Shown: one piece after another, positions 1 through 10,443 of the stretch
Numbering within the stretch: position 1 is the stretch's first letter
Layout of the letters: every line of letters starts with the position of its first letter
Assembly: GCA_900617105.1 (NCBI GenBank)
Contig: UYFQ01000260.1
Location: 1 to 64,000 of the forward strand
Length of the DNA: 64,000 nucleotides
Source: Hydrurus foetidus
Taxonomy: Eukaryota
Direction: 5' to 3'
Notes under the pieces: generated by a model
The model's input: the letters and a program-made list of their open reading frames with translations, nothing else
Databases searched by the model: none
What the model was told of the DNA's origin: nothing
Program-made: the position numbers and the translations under genes

Positions 1-693
1 CCAGCCTGGAAGAAACCGCCGCGGCCCTCGACCAGATCTCGGCCACCGTTGGCCGGGCCACCGAAGGGGCCCGCGAGGCTGCCGCCGTGGTTGCCAGCGC
101 CAAGAAGGAAGCCGAACAGTCGAGCCAGGTGGTATCGCGCACGGTCGATGCGATGAGCCAGATCCAGAAGTCCTCGGCCAAGATCAGCCAGATCATCGGT
201 GTTATCGACGAGATCGCCTTCCAGACCAATCTGCTGGCCCTCAACGCCGGTGTCGAGGCCGCCCGCGCTGGCGAGGCGGCCGGGGCTTCGCCGTTGTCGC
301 CCAGGAAGTCCGGGCCCTGGCCCAGCGCTCTGCTGACGCCGCCAAGGGGAGATCAAGACCCTGATTTCAGAGTCCGGCGGTCAAGTCGCCTCGGGCGTCG
401 AACTGGTCGGACAGACCGGTGAAACCCTGGGCCGGATTGTCGGCGAGGTGATCCGGGTGCACGGTCTTGTCGAAGGCATAGCCCGATCATCGGAGGAACA
501 GGCCGTCGGCCTGCGCCAGGTCAATGTCGCCGTGAACCATATGGACCAGGTGACCCAGCAGAATGCGGCCATGGTCGAGCAGACCACGGCGGCGACCCAT
601 TCGCTTCGAACGGAAGCGCTGGACCTGGCGCGCCAGATCTCCAACTTCAAGCTTCAGTCGACCTCCGGGGCGTCTTCACGGGCGGCTGCCTGA
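1..693 (+). CDS. Methyl-accepting chemotaxis protein, C-terminal signalling domain (5' partial, frameshifted)
   Basis: [28 protein letters not shown] and [18 protein letters not shown] motifs split over ORFs 87-422 and 448-693. Confidence 0.93.
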
Positions 694-804
694 ACCGGAT
701 TTGAGGACGTTATTCTAAAATAAATCAGTGACTTAACGGCCCGTAAGTCCTGTCATGGCATGTTCCATCCCATAGAGATCCTTCAAGGACCCGGGATGGT
801 GGTG

Positions 805-1990
805 ATGCAAAAGTTCAAGACCGGCAAAGCCTCGCGGCCCCTGACCGCCCTGCTTGTTGCGGGCGCCGCGACCGCCGCCCTGGCGTCTTCGGCCCATGCC
901 GCAGACGGCCCGTTGACCTACAGTCTGGAATACACCGCCGATGTCGGCGGTGTGGTTGACGGGGGGCTGGCCCGTCGCGGGCGCGTGCTCGACAACCTTC
1001 AGTTCACTGCAGACCTCGACCTGGCGACCGCCGCAGGCTGGTCAAACACGACCGCCCACATGTCTCTGCTCAACAATTCAGGCGGCATGCCGAACGAGGA
1101 TGCCGGCACCCTGCAGGGCGTCGACAATATCGAGGTGGCGAAACAACGCGCCCGTCTGTTCGAGTTGTGGGTCGAGACAGGCTTTGCTGAACGAGGAGCC
1201 GTCTTGGCCGGCCTGTATGACGTCAACAGCGAGTTCTACGCCAATGACAGCGCAGGCCTTCTGATCGGGCCAGCCTTCGGTATCGGATCGGAGCTGGCTG
1301 CGGCCGGGACCAATGGGCCGTCCATCTTCCCGTCGACCGCCCTGGCCGTCAGGCTGAAGTGGACGACCGAGGCGGCAATATGTCCAGGCTGTGGTGCTCA
1401 ATGCCCAGGCCGGTGTTGTGGGCGATCCCGACGGCATCGACACCAGCTTCGATAGCGGGGTCCTGATGATCGGCGAGGTCGGCTGGCAGGGGGCCGGAAA
1501 GCTGGCCATCGGGGCATGGCGCTATTCTGACAAGCAGGGCGACTGGCGCCTGGTCGATGCGGCCGGTGATCCTGTGCGCCAGACGGCCGGCGGGGTCTAT
1601 CTCCTCGCCGAACGAAGGATCCGGGGCAGCGAAGACTCCCCCGGTCGTACAACAGCCTTCCTGCGGGCGGGCCTGTCGGACGGCACGACCTCGGCCTTCG
1701 AAGGCGGCTGGCAGGCCGGTGTTCTGGTCGAGCAACCCTTTGCGGCGCGCCCTGACAGCCAGCTGTCGGCAGGAATCAACCAGGGCTTCATCACCGGCCG
1801 CGAGCGCGCCAATGGCTTTGATGCCGGTCGCAATATCGGCCGAACCGAGACAGCCCTCGAGCTCACCTATTCCGACACCTTCGGCCGCCTGACCGTGCAG
1901 CCTGACCTGCAGTATGTCATCCGCCCGTCCGGCGACCGCGATATCGACAATGCTGTGGTCGCGACCCTGCGGTTCTCGATCGCCTATTGA
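805..1990 (+). CDS. Carbohydrate-selective porin, OprB family (frameshift ~1375)
   Basis: Signal peptide ending ..SAHA; GTLQGVDNIE, GPSIFP, ELTY..VQPDLQYVIRPSG motifs; C-terminal aromatic residue. Confidence 0.85.
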
Positions 1991-2106
1991 CCGGACCTCT
2001 GGGAGGGCAAGTTGCCGGTGAACGTCGTTATTCGGCGATTGCCTTCCAGTCTGGTTGCGGCAATCTCCACCGCTGCTGAAGCCTGTACGCTTTTGCTCGG
2101 GGGAGA

Positions 2107-2898
2107 TGATGACGACTTTTGCCTTGAGCGACAGGCCGCCGACCCGTAGCCCGGACTTCAAGCCCAGGCATGCCTGGGACGCCTGGTTCTTCCCTGCCTG
2201 CGTGGCGATCTTTTGGGTCGGGATCATCATGGGCTTTGGCAGCGACGTTCTGCGGCGCGCCCAGGCCGGCCCGCTGTCCTTCCCGCTGGTCATTCACGTC
2301 CATGCGCTCGCCTATACGGGCTGGCTGGTTCTGCTGACCACCCAGCTCATCCTGATCCGCAAGGGACGAGCGGATCTGCATCGCAAGCTGGGCCTGTCGA
2401 GCCTGGCCCTGTTCGGCGCCATGCTCATATTGGGGCCGATGGCGGCGTTCACGACCCAGGTCGCGCGCTTTGGCGGGCCCAACGAGGACACCGCCTTTCT
2501 CGCGATCCAGCTTGGCGGACTGGTCAGTTTCGCGGGCCTGATCGTGGCGGCCTTCCTGGCGCGCAACAACAGCCCCTTGCACAAGCGCCTGATCCTGCTG
2601 GGCACCCTGGCCATCGTCGACGCCGGCTTCGCCCGCTGGGTGGGCCCCTATTGGGGGCCGTTTCTGGGGCCGTTGCTGCGCTCGCCGTTCTGGACGGACT
2701 ATCTGATCAACTATGGTTCGACCCTGGCCCTGATGCTGGCGATCGGCGGCTATGACCTGATCACGCGCGGTCGGGTGCTCGTTGGTTATGTGGTCGGACT
2801 GGTCTGGGCCATGGGCTGCACCTGTTGATCGTAACGGCCTATCTCAACCCCGGCTGGGGCGCTTCACCCATGGCCTGATCGGCGCCATGGCGCGATAG
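2107..2898 (+). CDS. Multi-pass membrane protein with conserved His (H..HRKLG..HKRL); 3' end uncertain
   Basis: ORF 2055-2828 with 6-7 hydrophobic segments; frame broken near 2820. Confidence 0.7.
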
Positions 2899-2941
2899 CC
2901 CCGCAGACGCCAGCGGCCGCAGGCTCCGGGCCGCCGTGTTC

Positions 2942-3610
2942 TCAGGCGCGCTGGCGCTGGGCGGATCGCCGATCAGCAGAGCGCAACGGCCTCGGCGGCG
3001 GCGGGATCACGCAGGGCGATGGCCTCCGCCAGCGCTCTGTGCAGCGCCACGTCTCGCATCTGGTCCGCCTGCGACTGCTTTTCCATCTGCCAGATCCAGT
3101 AGCGTGTCGCGGTGTTTTGCAGGGCGATCACGAAGCGGGCCAGGGTCGCATTGTGCGTGGCGAAGGCCACCGCGCGGTGAAAGCTGTGGTCCATCGCCAG
3201 CATGGCGCGGAAGTCGCCGCTGGCGATGGCGGCCTCGGCCTGATCGAAGGCGCCGGTAATGGCCGGCAGATCCTGCGGCGGTGATTGCGGGTCGCCAGGC
3301 GCCGTGCGGCCCTCCAGCATCCGCCGACTTCAAAGGCCTGCTCGATCTCGGTGATGTCCATCGGTGCGACAACGGTGCCGACGCGGGGACGGCGGACAAC
3401 CAGCCCTTCGATCGCTAGGCGGCCCAGGGCGTCGCGGACCCCCGACACGCCGCCGGCATAGCGCGTCGCCAGCACCTTTTCCTCGAGCACCTGCATGGGC
3501 TGCAGCTGGCCCAGAATGATATCCATCAGGATAAGCTCATAGAGCCGCGCCTTCTGGAGGCCGGGAGCCCAGTCGCCATAGGGTTCAACGCTGTTGAGCG
3601 GACCCTTCAT
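2942..3610 (-). CDS. GntR family transcriptional regulator with FCD domain (frameshift ~3325)
   Basis: wHTH VRDALGRLAIEGLVVRRPRVGTVV plus FCD DHSFHRAVAFATHN; divergent from ribD. Confidence 0.88.
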
Positions 3611-3784
3611 GATCGCATCCGGCTAAAACGCTGCATGGTCGAGCTCCCGGGGCGTCGGTGGCGGAGCCGATAGCGGTTCGCCGCCGAAATAACGCGATAA
3701 AACAAAAACCTGCAGCAAAAGGCATGAGCCGATCATCACGGCCTTTGCTCTAGAGCCAAAAGCTTTCGAGGTCATTCTCGTGAC

Positions 3785-3800
3785 CTCTAACATGTTAGAG
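3785..3800. promoter_or_regulatory. Perfect 16-bp palindrome CTCTAACATGTTAGAG, candidate operator
   Basis: Lies in the AT-rich divergent intergenic region between gntR and ribD. Confidence 0.6.
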
Positions 3801-3856
3801 TTTCCAAAAAGGATGCGTACTTGAAGCCTGAGGGGCGGCGGCTCTAGGTCTGCGGC

Positions 3857-4848
3857 ATGTCGCCAGAGACCCATCCTCCGATCTGTTCTGTGCTCCAGGG
3901 TTTCCGCAACGCCCTGACGGTCGCCGAGGGCTTTGCCGGGGCGACGGCGCCCAATCCGCCTGTCGGCTGTGTCGTGCTGGACGCCGAGGGCGTGCTGCTG
4001 GCCGCCGCCGCGCATCAGGAAGCCGGCGGCCCCCACGCCGAGGCCGCCGCCCTGGCCGCCTGCCGGGAAGCCGGGACCTTTGAGCGTGTCCATACGCTGC
4101 TGGTCACGCTTGAACCCTGCAATCATCACGGCCGCACGCCGCCGTGCGTCGAGGCGATCCTGGCGAGCCCTGCCAAGGCCATCTGGATCGCTGCGGGCGA
4201 TCCCAATCCTGCGGTCGTGGGCGGCGGCGCCGCGCGGTTTGCCGCCGCCGGGCGCCAGGTCTTGATCTGCAGGCCCAGAACGATCCGCAGGCCGCCGCCC
4301 TGGCCCGCCGGGCCCAGCGCCTGATCGCGCCGTTTGCCACCTGGTCTGTACCAGACGGCCTGGCTGACCCTGAAACAGGCCCTGACCCGGGACGGCGGCA
4401 TGATCCCGCCCCCGGGCGCCAAGACCTTTACCTCCGGCGCGTCCCTGACCCTGGCCCACGGGCTTCGCCGCCGGGCCGACGCCATAGTCACCGGCTCGGG
4501 GACCATCCTGGCCGACCTGCCGGAGTTCACGACCCGCCGGGTGGTCGATCCGCGTCGGAGTCCGCGACGCCTGGCCATTCTGGACCGTCGCCGCCGGACG
4601 CCCGCCGACACATGCTGGCCGCTCGGGCGCGGGGCCTGGAGCCCAGCCTGCACGACGACATCCCGGCCTTGCTGGCGGATCTCGCCGCCTCGGGCGCGCT
4701 GGAGGCCTTGGTCGAGTGCGGCCCGGTCCTGCTGGCGGCGTTTCTCGAGGCCGGCTTGTGGGACGAGCACGTCGTCATCCGCCAGGCCGCCGAAGCCGGG
4801 CAGGCCGACCAGATCGACATTCTGACCCGCATCCCATTCCGGGTCTGA
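3857..4848 (+). CDS. ribD: Riboflavin biosynthesis deaminase/reductase (frameshifted)
   Basis: PNPPVGCV, HAE, TLEPCNHHGRTPPC; reductase ADAIVTGSGTILADLP; LVECGP. Confidence 0.93.
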
Positions 4849-4858
4849 AGGAGCACCG

Positions 4859-5481
4859 ATGTTTTCCGGAATTATCGAACAGGTCGGCAGGATCCAGGCC
4901 ATCGCGCCGGAGGACGGGGCGTTGCGCCCGACCCTCGGCACAGGCTTTCCCGATCTGGAGCTGGGCGAAAGTGTCGCCGTCAACGGGGTCTGCCTGACCG
5001 TGGTGCGCCATGACGCGCAAGGCCTGGCCGATTTCTTCGTCAGCCCCGAAACCCTGGCCCGCACCAATCTGGGGCGCGCGACGGCGGGGGGCGTCGTGAA
5101 CCTCGAGCGCGCCGTGACCCTGGCGACCCGTCTTTCTGGGCATCTGGTTCAGGGCCATGTCGATGGCGAGGCCCACCTGGTCGAGGTGATCGATGATGGC
5201 GGATCATGGCGCATAGGCCTGAGCCTTCCTGCCGCCCTGCACCGCTTCTGCGTCGAGAAGGGCTCGATCGCCCTGAACGGCGTCAGCCTGACCCTCAACA
5301 GCGTCTCGCCCTGCGACGCTGGCGGCCGGTTTCTGATCGGCCTGACCCTGATCCCCCACACCTGGGCTCACACCAACCTGAAGTCCGCCGCGATCAACGA
5401 CCCGATCAATGTCGAGGTCGACGTGCTGGCCAAATAATGGAACGGCTATGTCACGCCTATCTGAAGCCCTCGAACGCCTGA
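4859..5481 (+). CDS. ribE: Riboflavin synthase alpha chain
   Basis: MFSGIIE start, GESVAVNGVCLTV, GHLVQGHVDG, VNLERA; 1-nt indel at ~5435. Confidence 0.95.
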
Positions 5482-6650
5482 AGACCGGCGGCATGATTGT
5501 CTTGGTCGATGACGAGGATCGCGAGAACGAGGGCGATCTGGTCATGGCCGCCCAGTTTGCCGACGCGGCGGCGATCGCCTTCATGGCGCGCCGGGCCAGC
5601 GGGCTGATCTGCCTGACCCTGGCGGCCGAGGCCGTCGATCGGCTGGGCCTGCCGCCGATGGTTTCCGACAATCGCACCAGCCGCCAGACCGCCTTCACCG
5701 TCTCGATCGAGGCCGCCGTGGGCGTTGATACGGGCATATCGGCCTTTGACCGGGCGCTGACCATCGCGGCGGCCGTGGCCCCGGACGCCAAGGCGGCGGA
5801 CCTGGTCTCTCCAGGCCACATCTTTCCGCTGCGGGCCCGTCCGGGCGGGGTGCTGGTGCGGGCCGGTCACACCGAAGCCTCGGTGGATCTGATGACATTG
5901 GCCGGGCTGCGGCCCGCCGGCGTGATCTGCGAGATCATGAAGGACGACGGGACCATGGCCCGGATGCCGGATCTCGAGGTCTTCTGCCGCGAGCATGACA
6001 TCCCGCTGCTGACCATTGCCGAGCTGGTGGCCCATCGCAAGGCAACCGAACTGCTGGTCGACGAGGTGGCCAGCGCCCGCCTGCCGTCCGAACATGGCGG
6101 CGCTCCCTTCGAGGTTCGCGCCTTCCGCAGCCGGATTGACGGCGTCGAGCATCTGGCGATGGTCCGCGGCGCGTTGACCGGCACGCCGCTGGTGCGGGTG
6201 CATTCCGAGTGCCTGACCGGCGACGCCCTGGGCTCGCAGCGCTGCGACTGCGGCGCCCAGCTGCAGGAAAGCCTCAGGCAGATCGGCGAAAGCGGCAACG
6301 GCGTCCTGCTTTATCTGCGCGGCCACGAGGGGCGGGGTCTGGGCCTGGCCAACAAGATCCGCGCCTATGCGCTGCAGGACGAGGGCCTTGATACGGTTCA
6401 GGCCAACCACGCCCTGGGCTTCCCCGCCGATCAGCGCGACTATGGCGTCGCCGCCCAGATGCTCAGGGCGCTGGGCGTCGAGCGGGTCAACCTGCTCAGC
6501 AACAATCCCCGCAAGGCGGCGGGCCTGCGCGCCAACGGCGTGGCGGTGAGCCGGGAACTGCCGCTGGCCATTCCCGCCAATCCGCACAACGCCGCCTATC
6601 TCGACACCAAACGCGAAAAGCTGGGCCACAGCCTGGCCCGCGCCTCCTGA
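5448..6650 (+). CDS. ribBA: DHBP synthase / GTP cyclohydrolase II
   Basis: DDEDRENEGDL, RAGHTEA, VRVHSECLTGDALGSQRCDCG, EGRGLGLANK. Confidence 0.96.
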   Translation: MSRLSEALERLKTGGMIVLVDDEDRENEGDLVMAAQFADAAAIAFMARRASGLICLTLAAEAVDRLGLPPMVSDNRTSRQTAFTVSIEAAVGVDTGISAFDRALTIAAAVAPDAKAADLVSPGHIFPLRARPGGVLVRAGHTEASVDLMTLAGLRPAGVICEIMKDDGTMARMPDLEVFCREHDIPLLTIAELVAHRKATELLVDEVASARLPSEHGGAPFEVRAFRSRIDGVEHLAMVRGALTGTPLVRVHSECLTGDALGSQRCDCGAQLQESLRQIGESGNGVLLYLRGHEGRGLGLANKIRAYALQDEGLDTVQANHALGFPADQRDYGVAAQMLRALGVERVNLLSNNPRKAAGLRANGVAVSRELPLAIPANPHNAAYLDTKREKLGHSLARAS

Positions 6651-6667
6651 TCAGCAAAGAGCGTCCC

Positions 6668-7135
6668 ATGACCACCACCCCCTCCGCGCCGCGCATTGCG
6701 ATCGTCGTCAGCAGCTTCAACCCCGAGGTCACCGACGGGCTCCTCAAGGGCGCGCTGGACCTGCTGAAGGCGCGCGGCGCCCCCGTCGCCGCCAGGGATA
6801 TCATCCACGCCCCCGGCGCATTCGAGCTGCCCCTGATCGCCCAGACCCTGGCGCGTTCGGAACTCTATGAGGGCGTGGTCTGTCTGGGTTGCGTGATCAG
6901 GGGCGACACGGCGCACTTCGAGTTCATCAGCCTGGCCACCAGCCTGGGTCTGATGACCGCCGGACTGTCGACCGAGACCCCGATCACCTTTGGGGTGCTC
7001 ACCACCTATACCGACGAGCAGGCGTTGGTGCGCAGCCGCGACGACGCCGAGAACAAGGGGCGTGAAGCCGCCCAGGCCTGCTTTTCCACCCTTCAGACCC
7101 TCAAGAAGATTCGAGCGCAGGCCTGGGGCGAATAG
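6668..7135 (+). CDS. ribH: 6,7-dimethyl-8-ribityllumazine synthase
   Basis: PGAFELP, LGCVIRGDTAHFE, PITFGVLT. Confidence 0.96.
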   Translation: MTTTPSAPRIAIVVSSFNPEVTDGLLKGALDLLKARGAPVAARDIIHAPGAFELPLIAQTLARSELYEGVVCLGCVIRGDTAHFEFISLATSLGLMTAGLSTETPITFGVLTTYTDEQALVRSRDDAENKGREAAQACFSTLQTLKKIRAQAWGE

Positions 7136-7410
7136 GGCGGCTCTGGTCCTCCCAGGCGCAGTATTGTCGATGGAAATTGAAATCCCTGTCGGCTAACCTC
7201 GTGCTTTTTCAGCCTCCAGAGTCGATTTGAGGGGCTTGCCTGAATGTTTTTCGGCGAGGAACAAACCGGAGGACTCAGCGTTTGCGCGCGGTATCAAGTC
7301 ACTGAAATCCTTGCGGCGGTCCGGCTTGAATGCCGTCATGAACCCGCCGCGTTTTCGCCCAGATGAGCTGGCGGTTTCGCCGCTCGGATCAACGAGCGAG
7401 GCCCCGGCCC

Positions 7411-7992
7411 ATGATGCTAACCCTCAAGACTTCCGCCCTGAAGACCGTGGCGGTGTGCGCCCTGATCGCGGGCGGCCTGGCCGTCAGCGGCTGCGCCACC
7501 AAGGACTATGTAAAGACCCAGGTCGGCGTGGTTCAGACCCAGGTCGGCGACCATGACGTCAAGCTGGGCGAGCTGGACAAGACCTCCCGCGAGGCCCTGG
7601 ACCGCGCCACCGCCGCCGGCAAGCTGGCGGAGGGCAAGTTCATGTACGCGATGGTGCTGAGCGACGACTCTGTGAAGTTCCCGGTCGACGCCGCCACCCT
7701 GTCGCCGGAAGCCGAGCAGCGGCTGACCGAGTTCTCCGAGAAGCTCAAGGGCGAGAACAAGAACGTCTATCTGGAAATCCAGGGCCACACCGACAATGTC
7801 GGCGAGCCGGCCTACAATGACGCTCTGGGTGCCAAGCGCGCCGAGACGGTGCGCAAGTTCCTCAGTCAGCGCGGGATCGCGCTGAACCGCATGGCCACCA
7901 TCTCCTATGGTGAAGACGCCCCGGTGGTCGCCAACGACACCCGCGAGAACCGCGCCCAGAATCGCCGCGTAGTGGTGATGGTGCTGTCCTAA
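7411..7992 (+). CDS. OmpA-family peptidoglycan-binding lipoprotein
   Basis: Lipobox AVSGC; IQGHTDNVG..YN..LG.KRA; SYGE..P; NRRV. Confidence 0.92.
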   Translation: MMLTLKTSALKTVAVCALIAGGLAVSGCATKDYVKTQVGVVQTQVGDHDVKLGELDKTSREALDRATAAGKLAEGKFMYAMVLSDDSVKFPVDAATLSPEAEQRLTEFSEKLKGENKNVYLEIQGHTDNVGEPAYNDALGAKRAETVRKFLSQRGIALNRMATISYGEDAPVVANDTRENRAQNRRVVVMVLS

Positions 7993-8108
7993 AGCTGGCC
8001 AATCTGGTCATCGCCCCTTCGATCGCGGGGCGGTGACGGAGTGGCGTATTTTTTAGCCTGAAATTTTGTATTGCATCCTGCTGGGTGATTGCGGGTATCG
8101 GTCTGGCC

Positions 8109-8384
8109 ATGTCGCCGTCTTTGAATTTGATCCGGCCAGGACGCCGCCAATCAGGCCAAGCATGACGCTTTCCTGGTGCAGATCCGGCAGGCGCTATGGC
8201 CACCGGATCTGGCCGCCGGGACAACCGGCGCGACTATGGCGAGCAGCGGTGGTATGGTTTCATCAGGCTGGATGGCCGGATCCATGTGCCAGTCTTTACG
8301 ATCCGTGGAGCGGTTGTCCGTGTGATCAGTCTGCGAAAGGCAAACCTTCGCGAGGTGCGGCGCTATCATGACCAGCTACTCTGA
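8109..8384 (+). CDS. brnT: BrnT-family ribonuclease toxin (several indels in 5' half)
   Basis: FEFDPA(K)DAANQAKH start across frames; DNRRDYGEQRW..G.LDGRIHV.VFT.RG..VRVISLRKAN.RE.RRY. Confidence 0.8.
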
Positions 8385-8653
8385 CGCCGATGTCGATGAT
8401 GTGGACAACCCCGAACTGCTAGCCGCCGATGTCGCGCTTATGCGTCCGGGGGCGGGAGATATTGCCGTTGGCGGTTGTTCGCAGCGCGGTCTCGAGGTCT
8501 ATGCTCATGCGCCCCGGGATTGGCGCTGGACGCTGAAATCCGCCGACGGTCGCTCTGGCGACGTCTGCCCAGGGCTATGCCTCACGTCAAAAAGCGATCG
8601 AGATCATCGAGGCGGTCAAGAACGCCGGCCATGTGACGCCGGTCTTGGGCTAG
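8368..8653 (+). CDS. Putative antitoxin: BrnA-like N-terminus fused to YegP/DUF1508-like domain (reconstructed across indels)
   Basis: DNPELLAAD..MRP.REILP, then EVY....WRWTLKSADG..LATSAQGYASRQKAIEIIEAVK, TAG at 8651-8653; overlaps brnT end. Confidence 0.65.
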
Positions 8654-8736
8654 GCGGGCGCTTCAGCCTGGAGCCAGGGGCTTGTACGCCTGCCGCTCAG
8701 GCGGCAACTTGCCGCCTTCGCGTTTCCGGAGTCGCC

Positions 8737-10128
8737 ATGCGCCTGCCCCTCGTTCTCGTCGCCGGTCTGTTGCTGGCCACACCGACCCTGGCGGCGGAGG
8801 TTCCGGCGCCGTCGAACGATCAGCCCCTGCTGCGGGTGATCGCCGCTGATGTCGACGCCAAGGCGCTGGAAAGCACCATCCGCTCGCTGGTGGGTTTCGG
8901 CACTCGCCACACCCTGTCGGACACCAAGTCCGACACCCGCGGCATCGGCGCCGCCCGCCGCTGGGTGAAGACGCGGTTCGAGACCATCAGCAAGGATTGC
9001 GGTGGCTGCCTGACCATCCAGACCCCCTCCGAAGTGGTCACCGGCCGTCGCGTGCCCCAGCCGACCGAGGTCATGAACGTGCTGGCCATCCAGAAGGGGA
9101 CCACTGACCCCGACCGGGTGATCATCATCGCCGGCCATCTGGACAGCCGGGTCAGCGACGTCATGGACTTCACCAGCGACGCCCCCGGCGCCAATGACGA
9201 CGCCTCCGGCGTGGCGGCGGTGATCGAGGCGGCGCGCATCCTGTCGAAACACAAGTTCCCCGCCACCCTGGTGTTTGCCGCCCTGTCGGGCGAGGAGCAG
9301 GGGCTCTATGGCGGGAAAATTCTCGCCAACTACGCCCGCGCCAATGGCTGGAAGGTCGAGGCCGACCTCAACAACGACATCGTCGGTAACAGTCGCGGCC
9401 AGAGCGGCGTGATGAACAACACCCAGGTGCGGGTGTTCTCGGAAGGCACCAAGGCTGTCGAAACCCCCGAACAGGCCAACAGCCGCCGCTACAATGGCGG
9501 CGAGGTCGACAGCCCGTCGCGCAACCTGGCCCGTTATCTGGATGGCCTGGCCGACCGCTACCTGAACAACTTCGATGTGGTGATGGTCTATCGCACCGAC
9601 CGCTATGGCCGGGGCGGCGATCAGGTGCCGCTGCTCGAAGCCGGCTATCCGGCCGTGCGAGTGACCGAGGCCGCCGAGAACTATGACCGCCAGCACCAGA
9701 ACCTGCGCACCGAGAACGGCCGGCCCTATGGCGACGTGATCGAGGGCGTGGACTTCGCCTATCTGGCTCAGGTGACCCGCCTGAACACCGTGGCCATGGC
9801 CTCGCTGGCCTCGGCGCCGGCGCCCCCATCGGGCGTCAAGATCGAGGGCGCCGTCAGCCCCGACACCAAGGTTTCGTGGACGGCCACACCGGCCGCCGCC
9901 GGTCACCGCGTCTGGTGGCGCGTCACGACCGAGCCGCAGTGGGTCCTGAACCGCTGGACCCCCGGCCCGGCGACGAGCGCCGTCCTCAAGGACGTGGTCA
10001 TCGACGACTTCTTCTTCGGCGTCTCGGCGATCAGCCCCGACGGCTGGGAAAGCCCCGTGGTGTTCCCGGGCGCAGCGGGCAGCTTCGAGAGCCCGCCGCC
10101 GGTCGCGGCCGCTACGGCCTCCAAATAG
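8737..10128 (+). CDS. M28 family secreted aminopeptidase
   Basis: Signal peptide MRLPLV..TLAA; GHLDSR, PGANDDASG, GEEQGLYG, NNDIVG. Confidence 0.92.
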   Translation: MRLPLVLVAGLLLATPTLAAEVPAPSNDQPLLRVIAADVDAKALESTIRSLVGFGTRHTLSDTKSDTRGIGAARRWVKTRFETISKDCGGCLTIQTPSEVVTGRRVPQPTEVMNVLAIQKGTTDPDRVIIIAGHLDSRVSDVMDFTSDAPGANDDASGVAAVIEAARILSKHKFPATLVFAALSGEEQGLYGGKILANYARANGWKVEADLNNDIVGNSRGQSGVMNNTQVRVFSEGTKAVETPEQANSRRYNGGEVDSPSRNLARYLDGLADRYLNNFDVVMVYRTDRYGRGGDQVPLLEAGYPAVRVTEAAENYDRQHQNLRTENGRPYGDVIEGVDFAYLAQVTRLNTVAMASLASAPAPPSGVKIEGAVSPDTKVSWTATPAAAGHRVWWRVTTEPQWVLNRWTPGPATSAVLKDVVIDDFFFGVSAISPDGWESPVVFPGAAGSFESPPPVAAATASK

Positions 10129-10165
10129 CCGCCCTCCGGATCGCCGGTAAGAGCGGGTTGTGGGG

Positions 10166-10432
10166 TTATGCGATCAAGTCTGGATCGTTCCGCTTCAGCC
10201 AAGCCGCCGCGTAGGAGCAGATCGGGACGATCTTCAGATCCTCGGTCCGCGCGACCTGCGCCACCTGGGCCATCAGGCGCCCGGCCGCGCCTTGGCCGCG
10301 CAGGGCCGGGTCGCTCGACGTGGGGATGACCAGGCGGCCGGGTTCGTGGCGGTAGTCTGCGAAGGACAAAAGGCCCTGGGTCTCGAGCTCGAAGCGAGCC
10401 TGGGCGGCGTTGTCGCGGAAGGTGTCGGTCAT
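10166..10432 (-). CDS. Small GNAT-family acetyltransferase (YjdJ-like)
   Basis: MTDTFRDNAAQARFEL..ADY..ALRGQGAAGRL..KIVPICSYA. Confidence 0.8.
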   Translation of the reverse strand: MTDTFRDNAAQARFELETQGLLSFADYRHEPGRLVIPTSSDPALRGQGAAGRLMAQVAQVARTEDLKIVPICSYAAAWLKRNDPDLIA

Positions 10433-10443
10433 GGCCGCGTATC

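Noticed and set aside
733..747. CtrA box upstream of the porin
   Set aside because: TTAA half-site present but the second half is out of register for N7 spacing.
3611..3856. FMN riboswitch upstream of ribD
   Set aside because: No recognisable conserved RFN segments (AGGGC.GGGTG..ATTCCC.ACCGGCGGT); not confirmed by covariance search.
8368..10128. 586-aa ORF as a single protein
   Set aside because: Artefactual read-through: the M28 peptidase has its own RBS, ATG (8737) and signal peptide, and the upstream part is the frameshifted antitoxin-like gene.
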